DNA from: Azolla caroliniana
Taxonomy: Eukaryota > Plantae > Polypodiophyta
Assembly (NCBI GenBank): GCA_043228905.1
Contig: JBHGNT010000009.1
Location: 17,980,001 to 18,044,000 of the forward strand
Length of the DNA: 64,000 nt
Direction of reading: 5' to 3'
Part shown: positions 43,816 to 55,345 of the stretch, in pieces
How the letters are laid out: each line of letters opens with the position of its first letter
How positions within the stretch are numbered: position 1 is the stretch's first letter
Translations under genes and position numbers: made by a program
The notes under the pieces: model-generated
What the model saw: only the letters and a program-made list of their open reading frames with translations
What the model was told of the DNA's origin: nothing
Database searches by the model: none

Positions 43816-43984
43816 TCTGAGAGAGAGAGAGAGGGAGGGCGGGTGGTTTCCAAACCAGTTCACAAACCGGTTTAGGGATCGGTTTGGTTCAGGTTTGAGA
43901 ACCCCAAAACGGTTTATGCTTAACCGGTTTGGTTTGGATAAGGCCAAACCAGTTAAGCCTAAACCGAACCGTTGCCGATCCCTA
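43816..43984 (-). mobile_element. Single end of the same hAT MITE family as 29205-29592
   Basis: Minus strand TAGGGATCGGCAACGGTTCGGTTTAGGCTTA..AAACCGTTTTGGGGTTCTCAAACCTGAACC. Confidence 0.75.
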
Positions 43985-44373
43985 TCCTTGGGCCTTGGCA
44001 AAACCCATTTTTCCCACTAAGCAATTCTTTAATAAACTAAGCAATACAATATTGCCAATGCCATACTATAGTGCCTTAAATTTCGTTTTTGCATGGAACA
44101 AGGGAAGTCATAGTTGAATCATTGCAATTACTGTGAGCACCGTGGGGTTATGAGATAGATTGTAACTACACAAAATAAAGTTTATAAAGTTCACACAAAG
44201 CTTGGGAGAGGGTAGGTAGTACTGAGAAAACTATATGGGATATTTATGGTTTATGGCCCAATGATTAAAGATAAATTAAAAACTTTTGTCTATATTTACA
44301 ATCAAGGGAAGTTGCACATTATGCAATGAGATATGGTTCAAACATGATTGTTTTGGGGAACCTTAGTGTTTTC

Positions 44374-44918
44374 TGTTGGGAACCAGGTCCCTTCGAATGG
44401 GAAGAGAAGAATCGAATTGGTGAGTAACTCGGTCGAGGCCGAAACCAAAACCAAAACCGAAATTGAAAACTGAAATCATTTCGGAAGACTATAATTGTAA
44501 ATAGTCTAAAATGCCTTTTGCGGGCTATACTCGTAAATAGCCAGAAGGTTGCTTTTGTTTATAAGCAACTAGGGCAACACATTAGTAAAGTGTAGTTGAT
44601 CATTATTGTAAAGTTAGAACCAGGTAGTTGCCTCAGTAACCGTGACAGAGAGAGAGAGTGTGTGTAACTCTATAGCCATCTGTCAGACGAAGGAGAACTC
44701 GAGGTCGTTGCCTCCGAGTTCCATATTTGTACTTCCTCTCTACTATATCGATTTTTTTTCTCGGGGTTTGTGGACCCCTGTGGTTTTTTCCCATTTCGGG
44801 TTTTCCACGTAAAATATCGGTCTCTGTGTCTTCACGTTTTTTTTGTCTGTGTACTAGTTCTTGGTTTTTGCACACGAATACGAACATGTAATCGGCTGAG
44901 ATCGGTCGATTCCTAACA
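44374..44918 (+). mobile_element. Copia solo LTR
   Basis: TGTTGGGAACC..TTCCTAACA, TSD TTTTC; absent from the paralogous site at ~42530. Confidence 0.92.
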
Positions 44919-46339
44919 TTTTCTTGGCTACATCTAGATAGCTCATAGTACATACTATGGATAACTTGTCAAATAAGATGGGACAAAAATCGGGCAATTT
45001 GGTACCGTGTGACACCTTTTCAAACTTCCCTAGCCAAAAGTGAACTAGCTCCAAACTAACCAACACCCTACCTTCCAACAAGCCATTAATAATAGTAGTC
45101 AAAATTATATTTTGGTTAAACCAAAATGGTCATGACTTGTTGCTTTGTGGCCCTTAGAGTGAATGATCGCCATTTTTCCATGAAGACAATATTGGTATTT
45201 CCATGCATGATCTTGGGTGCATGGGAGTGAACTTCATGATTCATCAATTTCCATCACGATCATCTTCATGTGCTTGACACATTCTTCCTTTGATGTCATG
45301 GTAATAATAATGTAAAAGTCCTATATAACATTAAAATTTCCTAAATATTAAATCTAAACTATATGTATGTCCTTGTGTGAAGAAGAACTTATTATGGTAA
45401 GAATATAAATAGGATGTGTGACATGAACCATATAAATATGGCCTTGTTGGTTGAATTAAGAAATTATGATTGGTTAAGATCATACAAGAATGCCCATTTA
45501 AGAAGACGATTCTTCTCAATCATAGACCTATAGTATTAATATTCATTTTTTGCCATTGCCAATAAGTAAAGATGTAAAGGTCAATGATAAGCAATATCAT
45601 GGAGAAAAATAAAGTCAACGAGAAGTACATCATAATACCACATACTTCAATGAGGATATTAGGTAGTATTGACAACAAGTATTTCATTTGGCGAAATTTG
45701 GACTCACTCTTGGGCTTTTCAAGCAAATTTCTCTCAAACCATAAGAGAGAGGCTTTGATTGTCGGACTTTACGATTAGTTTTTTTGGGAGAAAACATCAT
45801 TAGCCAAATCCAAATCCAAATCTCATCAATCAAAATCCTTTCAATGAGAATTCTCTACTGCTGGGTCATACTACATGTGTTTAGATGACACCTAATCAAA
45901 TACTTTTACCACCCCTCGATATATCTAAAAGTTTATTGATGCAATGACATAACCCCAATATTTAGCCTAAATCATAAACGATAAACCCATAACCTATAGA
46001 TTAAATTGAATCAAAGCTTGTATGCGAACATCTATTACATTTAATCCTGTCAGTCTATGTGTATGATGTATGAAACATGTGTGTCTCTTACCGCCACGAT
46101 GGTTTGCAACGAATCCCGAATCAAACAGGCCAACCTTGACGGTAAACAAAGGTTTGGTATGTTTGTTTAGTTTCTAAATTTGTGGGTGTTTTTAAGTTTC
46201 CCTTACTAGTACTTGAACTGCACACGGTTATTCCCTTAGAGGAGGACTTCCAAGATCCCAATACTTGTCCTTGGTTTTCATACTGGGCACGTTTTATGAA
46301 AGCGAGTTCAAGCAAGGCACATGAATTTCCTCTACAATG

Positions 46340-46440
46340 TTCTGGAAACATCAGCAAATGGATACGTCGCGAATGTTCTAGAAACATCAGGAAACTTCTT
46401 TCTCCTTCTCCTGCACAAACAGACACACATATATATATGG
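46340..46440 (+). promoter_or_regulatory. HSE array and TATA box of the second sHSP
   Basis: GAAtgTTCtaGAAacATCagGAAacTTC at 46371-46398; TATATATAT at ~46430. Confidence 0.88.
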
Positions 46441-46612
46441 ACAGTACAGTTCCTCATTGCCATCTCCAAGTAGCTGCAAACATTTTCTGTAATCACTAAA
46501 CTATCCATTTGACTCCCAATCTTCACCGTTCCACGTACAACAGAGAATTCTTTCCCTGTATTCAGAGCGATTTTTCCTTGCCTCTTATCTACATCGAATC
46601 CATTGCCAAATT

Positions 46613-47248
46613 ATGGCTGTTTCTCTCTTTGGACGTGGCAATCGCAAAGCAACAGAGGACCCCCTCGATGCGTTCTTCTCCGACTCCCTCCTATTCCCCT
46701 CTTTCCCGCTCTCTTCTGCTTGGACAATCTCATCTTTCCCCGACCATCCTGGCTTTGCCCGAGATGTTGCCGCTGTCGCTAACACTCAGGTGGATTGGAA
46801 GGAGACCGCCGATTCCCACATCTTCAAGGCGAATTTGCCTGGTAAGTTATCTAAATGCTTCATTCCTAATCCTAAATTACTTTTAATTAATTAACACCTG
46901 ATTTCATCCGATTTCGTCTCTTCTAATTTATGTGGTATCTGACTTATGATGCAACACATCTGCTGTTTAGGTCTGAGCAAGCAGGAAGTGAAGGTCCAGG
47001 TGGAGGAAGGGCGTGTGCTGCAGATCAGTGGGGAGCGTAAGAAAGAGGAGACATCTTCTTCAGACAGGTGGCACCGAGTAGAAAGATCACAGGGGAGTTT
47101 CCTTAGACGCTTTAAGCTCCCTGAAAACACTAAGTTGGAGGAGGTGAAGGCGGCCATGGAGAATGGTGTGCTCACCGTCACTGTCCCCAAGGCTGCACCG
47201 CCTGAGCCAAAAGCTGAGGTCCGCACCATTGACATTTCTTCGGGGTGA
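46613..47248 (+). CDS. HSP20: Cytosolic class I-like small heat shock protein, 168 aa; exons 46613-46841 and 46971-47248
   Basis: Paralog of 25934-26536 with the same intron position and alpha-crystallin motifs. Confidence 0.95.
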
Positions 47249-48039
47249 ATTGTTGTCAATCACCAGAGATCTTTTGTTTCAGTGGAGGATTAATATCAAT
47301 CATTATTGGCAACAGTGCCGATTATGTAACAGAGAATCAAAAGTGTTCTGAGTTACTCTTTGTTATAATTGTCTTATGTATCTTCGTTGAATCAGGACTT
47401 GTAAAAGAGATGCCTTTTGTGTATAAGCAAGTACTCTTTGTTTGTCTATTTGTTTACTACAAATATTGCATCTGCTAGTCTGAATCCTGTGTACGTACTC
47501 GGATCTACAGCTTCCTCCTGTGTTGCATATGAGAAACTAATATGATAAGAGTCTGTGATCTTGTATTGGTTGTATGTAACCGTACCTGGATGAACGTGAT
47601 GATAGAGTCTTCTTCCGAACAAGAAATGGAATCTATGGATGAAGCATATAAATACCTTAGTTAAATTGCTCTTCGGACAAAGAGAAGACATATTGGTCAA
47701 ATGTTCCCCTTATGAATGCTCTCCCACTTGCGCCACTAATGAAATGTTTAGTAGAAGGAAACCCTTGAAACCCAAGTTACAAGATATCAACTAACCAATT
47801 TGCTGATCAAAGTTCTCTTCTAAAACGGAACATTGAGATGTTTCTCCTAATTGAATTGTTTTATGCAAGTGAACACACTTGCAATCTCATCTAGGGATAT
47901 TTCTCCCATTTTACCTTGTATTGGGGCTAACATTGGTGGTTAATATTTGGAATGTAATATTCCAACTTTGACATTTTAACATATTGTTACTTCATCCTTA
48001 GTGCCTTTAGAACCTTGTCCTCAATGATCATATACTTTA

Positions 48040-48420
48040 TAGCATGACTTGAGAGCTCCAATAGATCTTTTACTCCCCATCTCTTAAACCATTTCATAAT
48101 GTCAAGTACTCGATTAAATGTGCGGATTTTGTTGTTACTAAGTTTTTGTGCATTGCATCATATGTTCCAAACTTGTTTTGACAAATCTATGATAAGGCAT
48201 ATTCATGACTTTTATGATATATGTACTTGTTTACTCTTTGCATAAGTACCTTAATGGGATGAGGACTTGTTTCTAATAGCATGAGAAGATAGAATGTTTA
48301 GGATTTTGCCAATTGTCTATGTAAGAATTTGTTTTGGATTTTCTCCATTTCATTCCATGCACTAAGTGAGGTAGTGCCAACCCACACTTGAGGTTGGGAT
48401 TTGGACGAGGAGTGCTTGAA
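48040..48420 (-). mobile_element. Decayed LINE ORF2 fragment
   Basis: VW.GTTSLSAWNEMEKIQNKFLHRQL..MLLET..PI..NMP.HR; typical post-RT region, with frameshifts. Confidence 0.6.
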
Positions 48421-48645
48421 CTTGGACACTAAGTAGTGGAGGACGTCAATCAAGACCATGCTCGTGGAGAATGGAACCAACACCTAATTGTAGATAATGA
48501 TGTTCTGTCAAGGTCATTTGCCATGGCTTGCACTCAACCCCTTTGCATGTAGATCAACATGTGCCATTGTGGAGGATTCTTAGAAAGGCATATGATAGAG
48601 TTTAGTTCATATAGATTTCTTTGTCTCTCTTATTAAGGTGCATTA

Positions 48646-51600
48646 TGGGGTGTCCTTAGGTTGTCCCAACTAGGACACAATCCCAATCTGAACTGGAACT
48701 CACCAAGGGGGTCAATCCCAATCCCAGCAAAGGCGCCACCTTGAGTCTAGGGGACCATCCAACAGCTAGTCCCAACGACCATATTTGACCCATATAAGAA
48801 GGATTACTCCTCATTTGTAACCATTCCCAAATTCAGAGATTCACTCCCACTCTCTCCTATTCTCTCATTTTCATTTTGGCTCTAAGGGGCATGTACCATT
48901 TTGCTTTCTCTCTCGCCTTTGTGGTTTTGGGAAGTTGTCTCGACTCACTCCTAACTTGTTCAAACTCCGAGTGGTAGATTGTGGTTTGGCTCAATTTGGG
49001 AAGGTTGTAAGCTTTTGTATTCATAATGAAATATAACTATGATTAGTGTCCTAATTGGTGTCCCAAATGTGTTTTCTTATGGTCTTGAGACCCCCATAAT
49101 CTAGGGGCATAACATTTTGTACCAAAGTAGGAACACGAGTTGGGGGGGACATGATGCTAAGGACGGAGAAGGTGTTTGAGGAAAGGGAAAGAAAAAGAGA
49201 TGGAGAGAGATGTAATCGGGAATCGGTCATGCTCAAGAATCCACAAAATCGAGGGAACAAAGTGGAGATCGTGGTGGCACAACTAGTGAAGGAGTTAAAG
49301 CCGAAGAAGACCAAGAAGTGGGTAGAGGAGTAGAAATCGCAAAAAGGAAGCTACAAGAGAGTGCCCCCGTGAGTACTTGGGGACAAGGGAGTCCAAGGTG
49401 CTAGAGAAACGGATCATCGACATGGAGAGCCACTTGGAGTGGTGTTGAATGTTGCCAACAGATTGGGTGGTATTAGCAAGTGAATTTCTCAAGGACGTGC
49501 TGCCTTTGAGAAAGGTGGAGGAGGCCCTTCAAGGATTGGGAAGATTTAAAGCTACGAATACGGGAGTAATTCATCACAAGGGATAAGCCCTCAAGGATGA
49601 GAGATGTATGAGAGATTGTACCTCAAGGGTTTGGGAAACTTGATTGTACATTTCTAAGTATAAATGAATAATGAGCTTGGTGTTGGATGTTGATGATTGT
49701 GATAGGTTGGAGGGTTTTCTTGAAGGATTGCAGCTCTCGGTGAGAAAAGAGGTCCAGAAATGGGAATTGACAATGTGGGAAGAAGTGATTGAGGACGCGG
49801 AGCAAGTGGGTGGTTGGGGGGGCAGTGTGTCGAATACGGGTGTATAATGGCCGTATGCACATTGTCCCTCTAGACAGACTAGGTTTAGGCCAATTCTGTA
49901 AATATGTCAAAGGCAGTTGGCCTTGCCCAATTAGTATATAAGTGGCTTTGTAGCCTAGTTTGTGTTGTTGTTAGTGCCATTCTTGTATTGTAACTTTTGG
50001 AATAAGACTGTTACTTTGTGTGCCTCTTGGTCCCTCTCTCTTACACTCAGTCTCCTTGATCTTTGTTTCAACTTGTTAACTTGGTGATCTTCTCAACATA
50101 GATGTTGTTCTTGTTTCCGCACTGACGATCTCAGACTCCAATAGGGTGCCGAATACAAAGACCATAGGTAAGAAAGAGGATCCCACCATGATGTCGAGAG
50201 CGCAAGTGAAGACCGCGATCGAGACTAAGATGGAGGTCGAGACCAAGATGGACAACAAGATCGAGATGGAAACAAAGGAAGAACCAATCAAGGAGATTGA
50301 GCGAAAGGCAAAGGTGGAAGAGCTCCCAAAGCAAGAGGTCAAGATCGAGGAAGAGATACAAGAAGAAGGGACCGATGAGGTTGACGTGGAAATGACCAAA
50401 ATTGGAAGAACAATAAACCTTAGCACGAGAGGTCGAGGTAATGAAGGTCGAGCAAGAGACTAAGGTAGAAGACATCTCCCAAGGAATTGTGAAGCAAGAG
50501 CTTGAGACCAAAATCGAGATTGAGATCGAGGAGAAGGTGAACTTAACCATGATGGTTGAGTAAGATGGATTATGGGCCTTAGGACAAAAGGTTGAGATCA
50601 TGGTGGAAGAGCAAGAGGAACTCCCTCGAAGAATTTCGACAAAAGAGATCAAGTTCGAGGTGACCAAGCCAAGGACCAAGAACGGTGATGGAAAAATGTC
50701 CTCGATCAAGGAACAAGAAAAGAAGGCAAAGGAATTCCCCCAAGGAGATCACATGAGGAGGATCAAGCTCAACTTGGAGGGGTCGAGGTGGAGATCCAAG
50801 CCACAAAGGCGCTTGGGAATGTCTTGTGATCTTCATGCAATTCAAGCTCCATGGGACTTGGTATAGATTATGGCTTCGTGTGAGAGGGCTATAATCCCCT
50901 GCGTGTGGAACTTTATATCACAAGAGTTCATCCTGTAGTTAAGGTTTTGGAAGATGGGACTATTCTTTTCTTAACAGATCAATATTTTAACTATGGGTAG
51001 AGAGATTTTGTTTGAACGAGTCGCACACTAAGCATAACAAAGATTTCTCGAAAAAGGAAAATGGGGTGAATGTGGTGTCCCTAAGTTGTCCCAACCAAAG
51101 GGGCTAGTCCTAGTCCCAAAGAAGGCGCCACCTTGGGTTAAACCCAATCCCAACCAGTAGTCCCGGGGGGGGGGGGGCATCGAATGGCCATATTTGGCTT
51201 ATATAAGGAGGATTACTTCTCATTTGTAACCATTCCCATATTCAAAGATTCACTCTCACTCTCTCTTGTTCTCTTATTCCCTCCTTCTCATACTGGCTCT
51301 AAGGAGCTTGTATCATCTCTCTCTTTGTTTCTCTTTGTCTCTCTCAAGGGGAACCACCCAACGGCCATATTTGGCCTATATATGGAGGATTACTTCTCAT
51401 TTGTAACCATTCCCATATTCAATGATTCACTCTCACTCACTCCTATTCTCTCATTCTCGTCTTGGATCTAAGGAGCTTGTATCATCTCTCTCTCTCTCTC
51501 TTAACTAGTGATGAGAGTGGTCGACTATGCACACTTTGCCATAAACAAGTTCGAGAGTTTGAGTATCACACTTTGATACGATGTTCTACCTTTGATCATA

Positions 51601-52030
51601 TTCGACCATGCTTTCCACACATCTTCGACCAAGCCCAATCCTTGCATGAATTTCTCTCACAACCACAAAGTGCACTCTCGATTGCAACATTCATTGGTAA
51701 AGTTCTTGAACATCGAGAGTCGTTACTCACTTTCACATGTATCACATGAAATGTAATTTTTTGGTCTCATAGGTCATATTTGACTTCCGAAGACGATAAT
51801 ATAATCTATCTATATATCTCTCTTTCTCTCTCTCCTTTGTGGTTTTCGAGAGTTGTCCTTATTTGTCCCAACTCAGTCTCGATTTGTCCAAACTCCATGT
51901 GATGGATCATGGTTTGTACCTAATTTGGGATGGTTGTAAGCTTTTGTATTCATAATGAAATATAACTATGATTTGTGTCCCAACTTTGTTTTCTTGTGGT
52001 TTTAAATTCCCATAAGGTAGGGGCATAACA
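48646..52030 (+). mobile_element. Old non-autonomous LTR element (LTRs ~48646-49114 and 51071-52030)
   Basis: Both LTRs start TG.GGTGTCC and end TAGGGGCATAACA; degenerate PBS and PPT; E/K-rich internal ORF debris; right LTR has an internal duplication and a LINE insert; no TSD. Confidence 0.7.
51503..51815 (+). mobile_element. 5'-truncated LINE 3' end
   Basis: RLCTLC..EFEYHTLIRC..HIR zinc motif, stop at 51749, short TCTA-type tail, inserted in a CT tract. Confidence 0.7.
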
Positions 52031-52694
52031 ATTGCGTCTTAAAAGGGGCCAAAAGAGCATGGAGATATCAAGGAACAATACATGGGATGAAGGCACATTT
52101 CTTTGTGGCTAAAATCTTCATATATGTGGACCAATTATAAATGAAGTGTGGAAGACCCTTCATTGGCTCGTTTCCCTTCATTTGTGCAGAGTTCTTCAAT
52201 ATTCAACGAATGAATTGGATGAATTTCAAATACTATACAAAGTTATCTCGAATCGTAGAAAACTCGAGCATTACGGAAGTGACGGGGGGTTCAATGATTG
52301 GGTGAAAGGTTAGGGGCAATGTATTTTATGTTGCTAACTTTTCTTTTGGCTAATTTGCACTCAACCGAAAATCAATCTGACGGATATAAATAAAACGGGA
52401 CATGCTCCCTTCCATTCTAGAAGTAATTAAATGAAGTTATCTCTTATGACCAATGATACACTAGAAAGATTGCAATGGCACTCGAGGCCTACCCACCATG
52501 GATACCATGTCTATAGAAATCGTTGGCTCCTTACATTTTCTTGAAAGTTGAGACTCTAGAAAGTGAGACCTAGGACACAAACAGAGATCACTCTTTCTTT
52601 ATCTACTATATATAAATACACTTACATATTGGTATGAGTGAGACTTAAAAAGAAAGGAATCAGAGAGGGAGTTAATCGTAGATCTAAGGCAGCT

Positions 52695-53609
52695 ATGGTG
52701 CTTCTGATATTGCTTGTGCTAATAGGAGTAGTTCTCACAAGCGATGGAGCTTCTGCCTGTAAGTTTTGCCCTTAATCTCTCTGTCTCTCTCTATATACAT
52801 AATACATACATACATACATTCTTCAATGGGTTGTGTTTTCTTCAACAATATTAAGCTCAACACAGCTTCTCTGCACATCATTGAGCTGGATTAAGCCTAT
52901 CTCAACAAGATTAAGCTTGACTTGAAAAATAGCAGGGTCATATTTCAAATGATTAAATCGAAAGGTAAGAGTCAAATCAATTGATTAGCAACACTTTGGC
53001 CTACATTATTGTGCAGGGACAAATCCGGCGGACGAGCTAGCAGATCTGATCAACAACAACCGGACGGGGTCGAAGGTCCCTGCATTGGCCGACAATGCCG
53101 GGTTAGCGTGCCTAGCCCTACAGTACGTGCACGAGTTCCGGCAAGAGTGTGACCAAGTGGGCAAGGAGAGGCCCCAAGAGACCCTCCTAGCATCTACTTT
53201 CGCTGCCAAGTGCGGGATCACACCGGCCTCCGTACTCACCCCTTTGTCCGGCTCCCTCGTCTTTTGCCAATCCTCGTATGTGAACCCTCCCATCGCGTTT
53301 AACTCCCTCATGTCCTCTTCCCAATCACTCTCCGTGATTTCGAACCCGAACCACACCCAATTCGGGGTCGCCATCGGTAGCTATGATGGCGGTAGCCCTT
53401 TCTACTGGGCCGCCCTATTCTCCGATGCCCCTAACCCCAACTCTTCCTTTGTGTTTGCGGACACTGGTAAAACTCTGGTTCAACACGAGGGTTGCTTCAG
53501 TGGTATTGGCCAACCGTGCAATGAGTCCCCACTGGCCCTACTCCGCTCGTCCTTGTCGCTCGTCTTCATCGCCTCCACTACCTTGGCCTCTTTCCTACTA
53601 GCACAATGA
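52695..53609 (+). CDS. Secreted, probably GPI-anchored protein of the At1g02180 ('ferredoxin-like') family; exons 52695-52758 and 53017-53609
   Basis: Signal peptide exon; NPADELADLINNNR..GLACLALQY..FAAKCG..HTQFGV..FYWAALFS..GCFSG; hydrophobic tail; TATA at ~52607. Confidence 0.85.
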
Positions 53610-54773
53610 TTCCTCTTGCATGATGGTGATGGTTGAAAATTGTATGGGCATCTATCTACCCCTACAATGGTTCATCCCAATATTTAAAGGTGTCTATCAT
53701 GAATGTAAGAAGAGTAAAGAATGAGACACATTGGCCAAAAAATCTCTTTGAAAATGCCATTAATAATTTATATGCAAAAAAAGGTGTTGAGATGCATCCT
53801 CTTAAGTTTTAATCCATAAACACTTTATCCCCAAGTGTTGTTGTCTCGATAGAAACATACTCCTTTAACAAGTGTCTTCTTATCGTTACCAAATTCGAAG
53901 TACCAACATCAACTAGAAAAGCATTTTATGCCAACATTCTAAGGGGTCATGAATCATGATTACCACAACTACCAACACTAAGAAACTTGCATGGAATTAA
54001 AGCACCACAAACAATTGGAATGTGAGATAATGATTAGTAAAATCTTGTTTTCTAAAGAAACAAAAGAAGTTAACAGTTATGCATGATCACATAAGTAGCG
54101 TACATCAACAAAAGCATATATATGTCCAACCAACAATTAGGATATTTAAGGAACAACAAAAAGTTTACAACCATGGATCACAACACCACATCAATAGAAG
54201 CAAATGTTTTTATCCAACCATTATGCACATGAGTTTGATAAGTTGTAGCTTAATGCTAGTCGAGGATAAAGTCAAATCACATCGAATTCATGTGATTAAC
54301 TTAAAAAATGCATAAAGAAGAATTTCATGTAGCATCAAAGCCTTTACCATAGATTATCATTGAACAACCACCATTACATTGCAAAGACCATTACACCCTC
54401 ATATGTATTTGTATATGTACTTGAACTTTTGAATTTCTACAATGTAGTAGCCACATGATTCTATGAACAACAATTTTATGGGATATTTGAAATTTCTAAC
54501 ATCATGCAAAAGAGATATTGCTTTTGCGTTGTGTGTAAGCACATAATGTTTGTTTTCTCTTGTAATTGTAACACGAGTAGTGATGTGTTGATTGATAAAG
54601 CTTTGATGAGTGAAATCTATATCTACATCTATTTTGATGTCTATCTATTATATTACACGAAAGAAAATGATAGAAATGCCCGATTATTTCCCTGACCAAG
54701 TATCGAGATTTTGTTAGTTCACCAAAAGGCTAAAGCTCCCCACCCCAGCCTTCGTGGTAAAGCCAAACCTCTC

Positions 54774-55209
54774 TAGCAATGACAATGATCACGGGGACAA
54801 TCCATCGGCTCACATTTCTTCTCATGGATGGGTGATAGTTTAAACGGTTTAGGATTTACACTCGATAATTTTCTTAAGTATTTTAAACCTAATTTTGATC
54901 TTTTAAGAAAACTTTTTAAGCTTTGCAAAATAAAATTTAAAATATTGAAAATTTTAAATTTTTCAAAATAAAAAATGTGAAAATTTGAATTCTGACATAA
55001 CTTGAAAACCAAAACCGAACCGTGAAACTACGGTTTAACGGTTTAAAGGTTTGAAAGTCTCTAAAACCGTTTGGTTTGAGCTTGAGTTTTTGGTAACTGG
55101 GTCGATTTAAACGGTTTCTAGTTCAGTTCGGATATGTTTAAGTTTCATTTTCTTTTAAACGGTTTGAGTTTGAGAATCTCGAACCGAACCGAACCTTTGC
55201 CAATTGCTA
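54774..55209. mobile_element. Probable MITE with AACCG-rich subtermini
   Basis: Imperfect TIR TAGCAATGACAA / TTGCCAATTGCTA; no TSD. Confidence 0.45.
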
Positions 55210-55345
55210 GCAGGGAGGGGAGGGGCATTTTTGGAAATACAGAGAAAGCCTGCCCTGCCTCAGGCTAAGGATTTTTGCTCAGGAATTTCCTGACAAATCA
55301 TAACTCTTGCAGCCTGCCATGGCTTCTCCCTGACCAGACAGAGCC

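Noticed and set aside
37560-44015. Paired TIRs or Helitron ends bounding the fragment mosaic
   Set aside because: No matching left hAT or MULE terminus, TSD or hairpin-CTAG end could be found by eye.
50076-50866. Hydrophobic and E/K-rich ORFs as host genes
   Set aside because: Low-complexity internal region of a decayed LTR element with in-frame stops.
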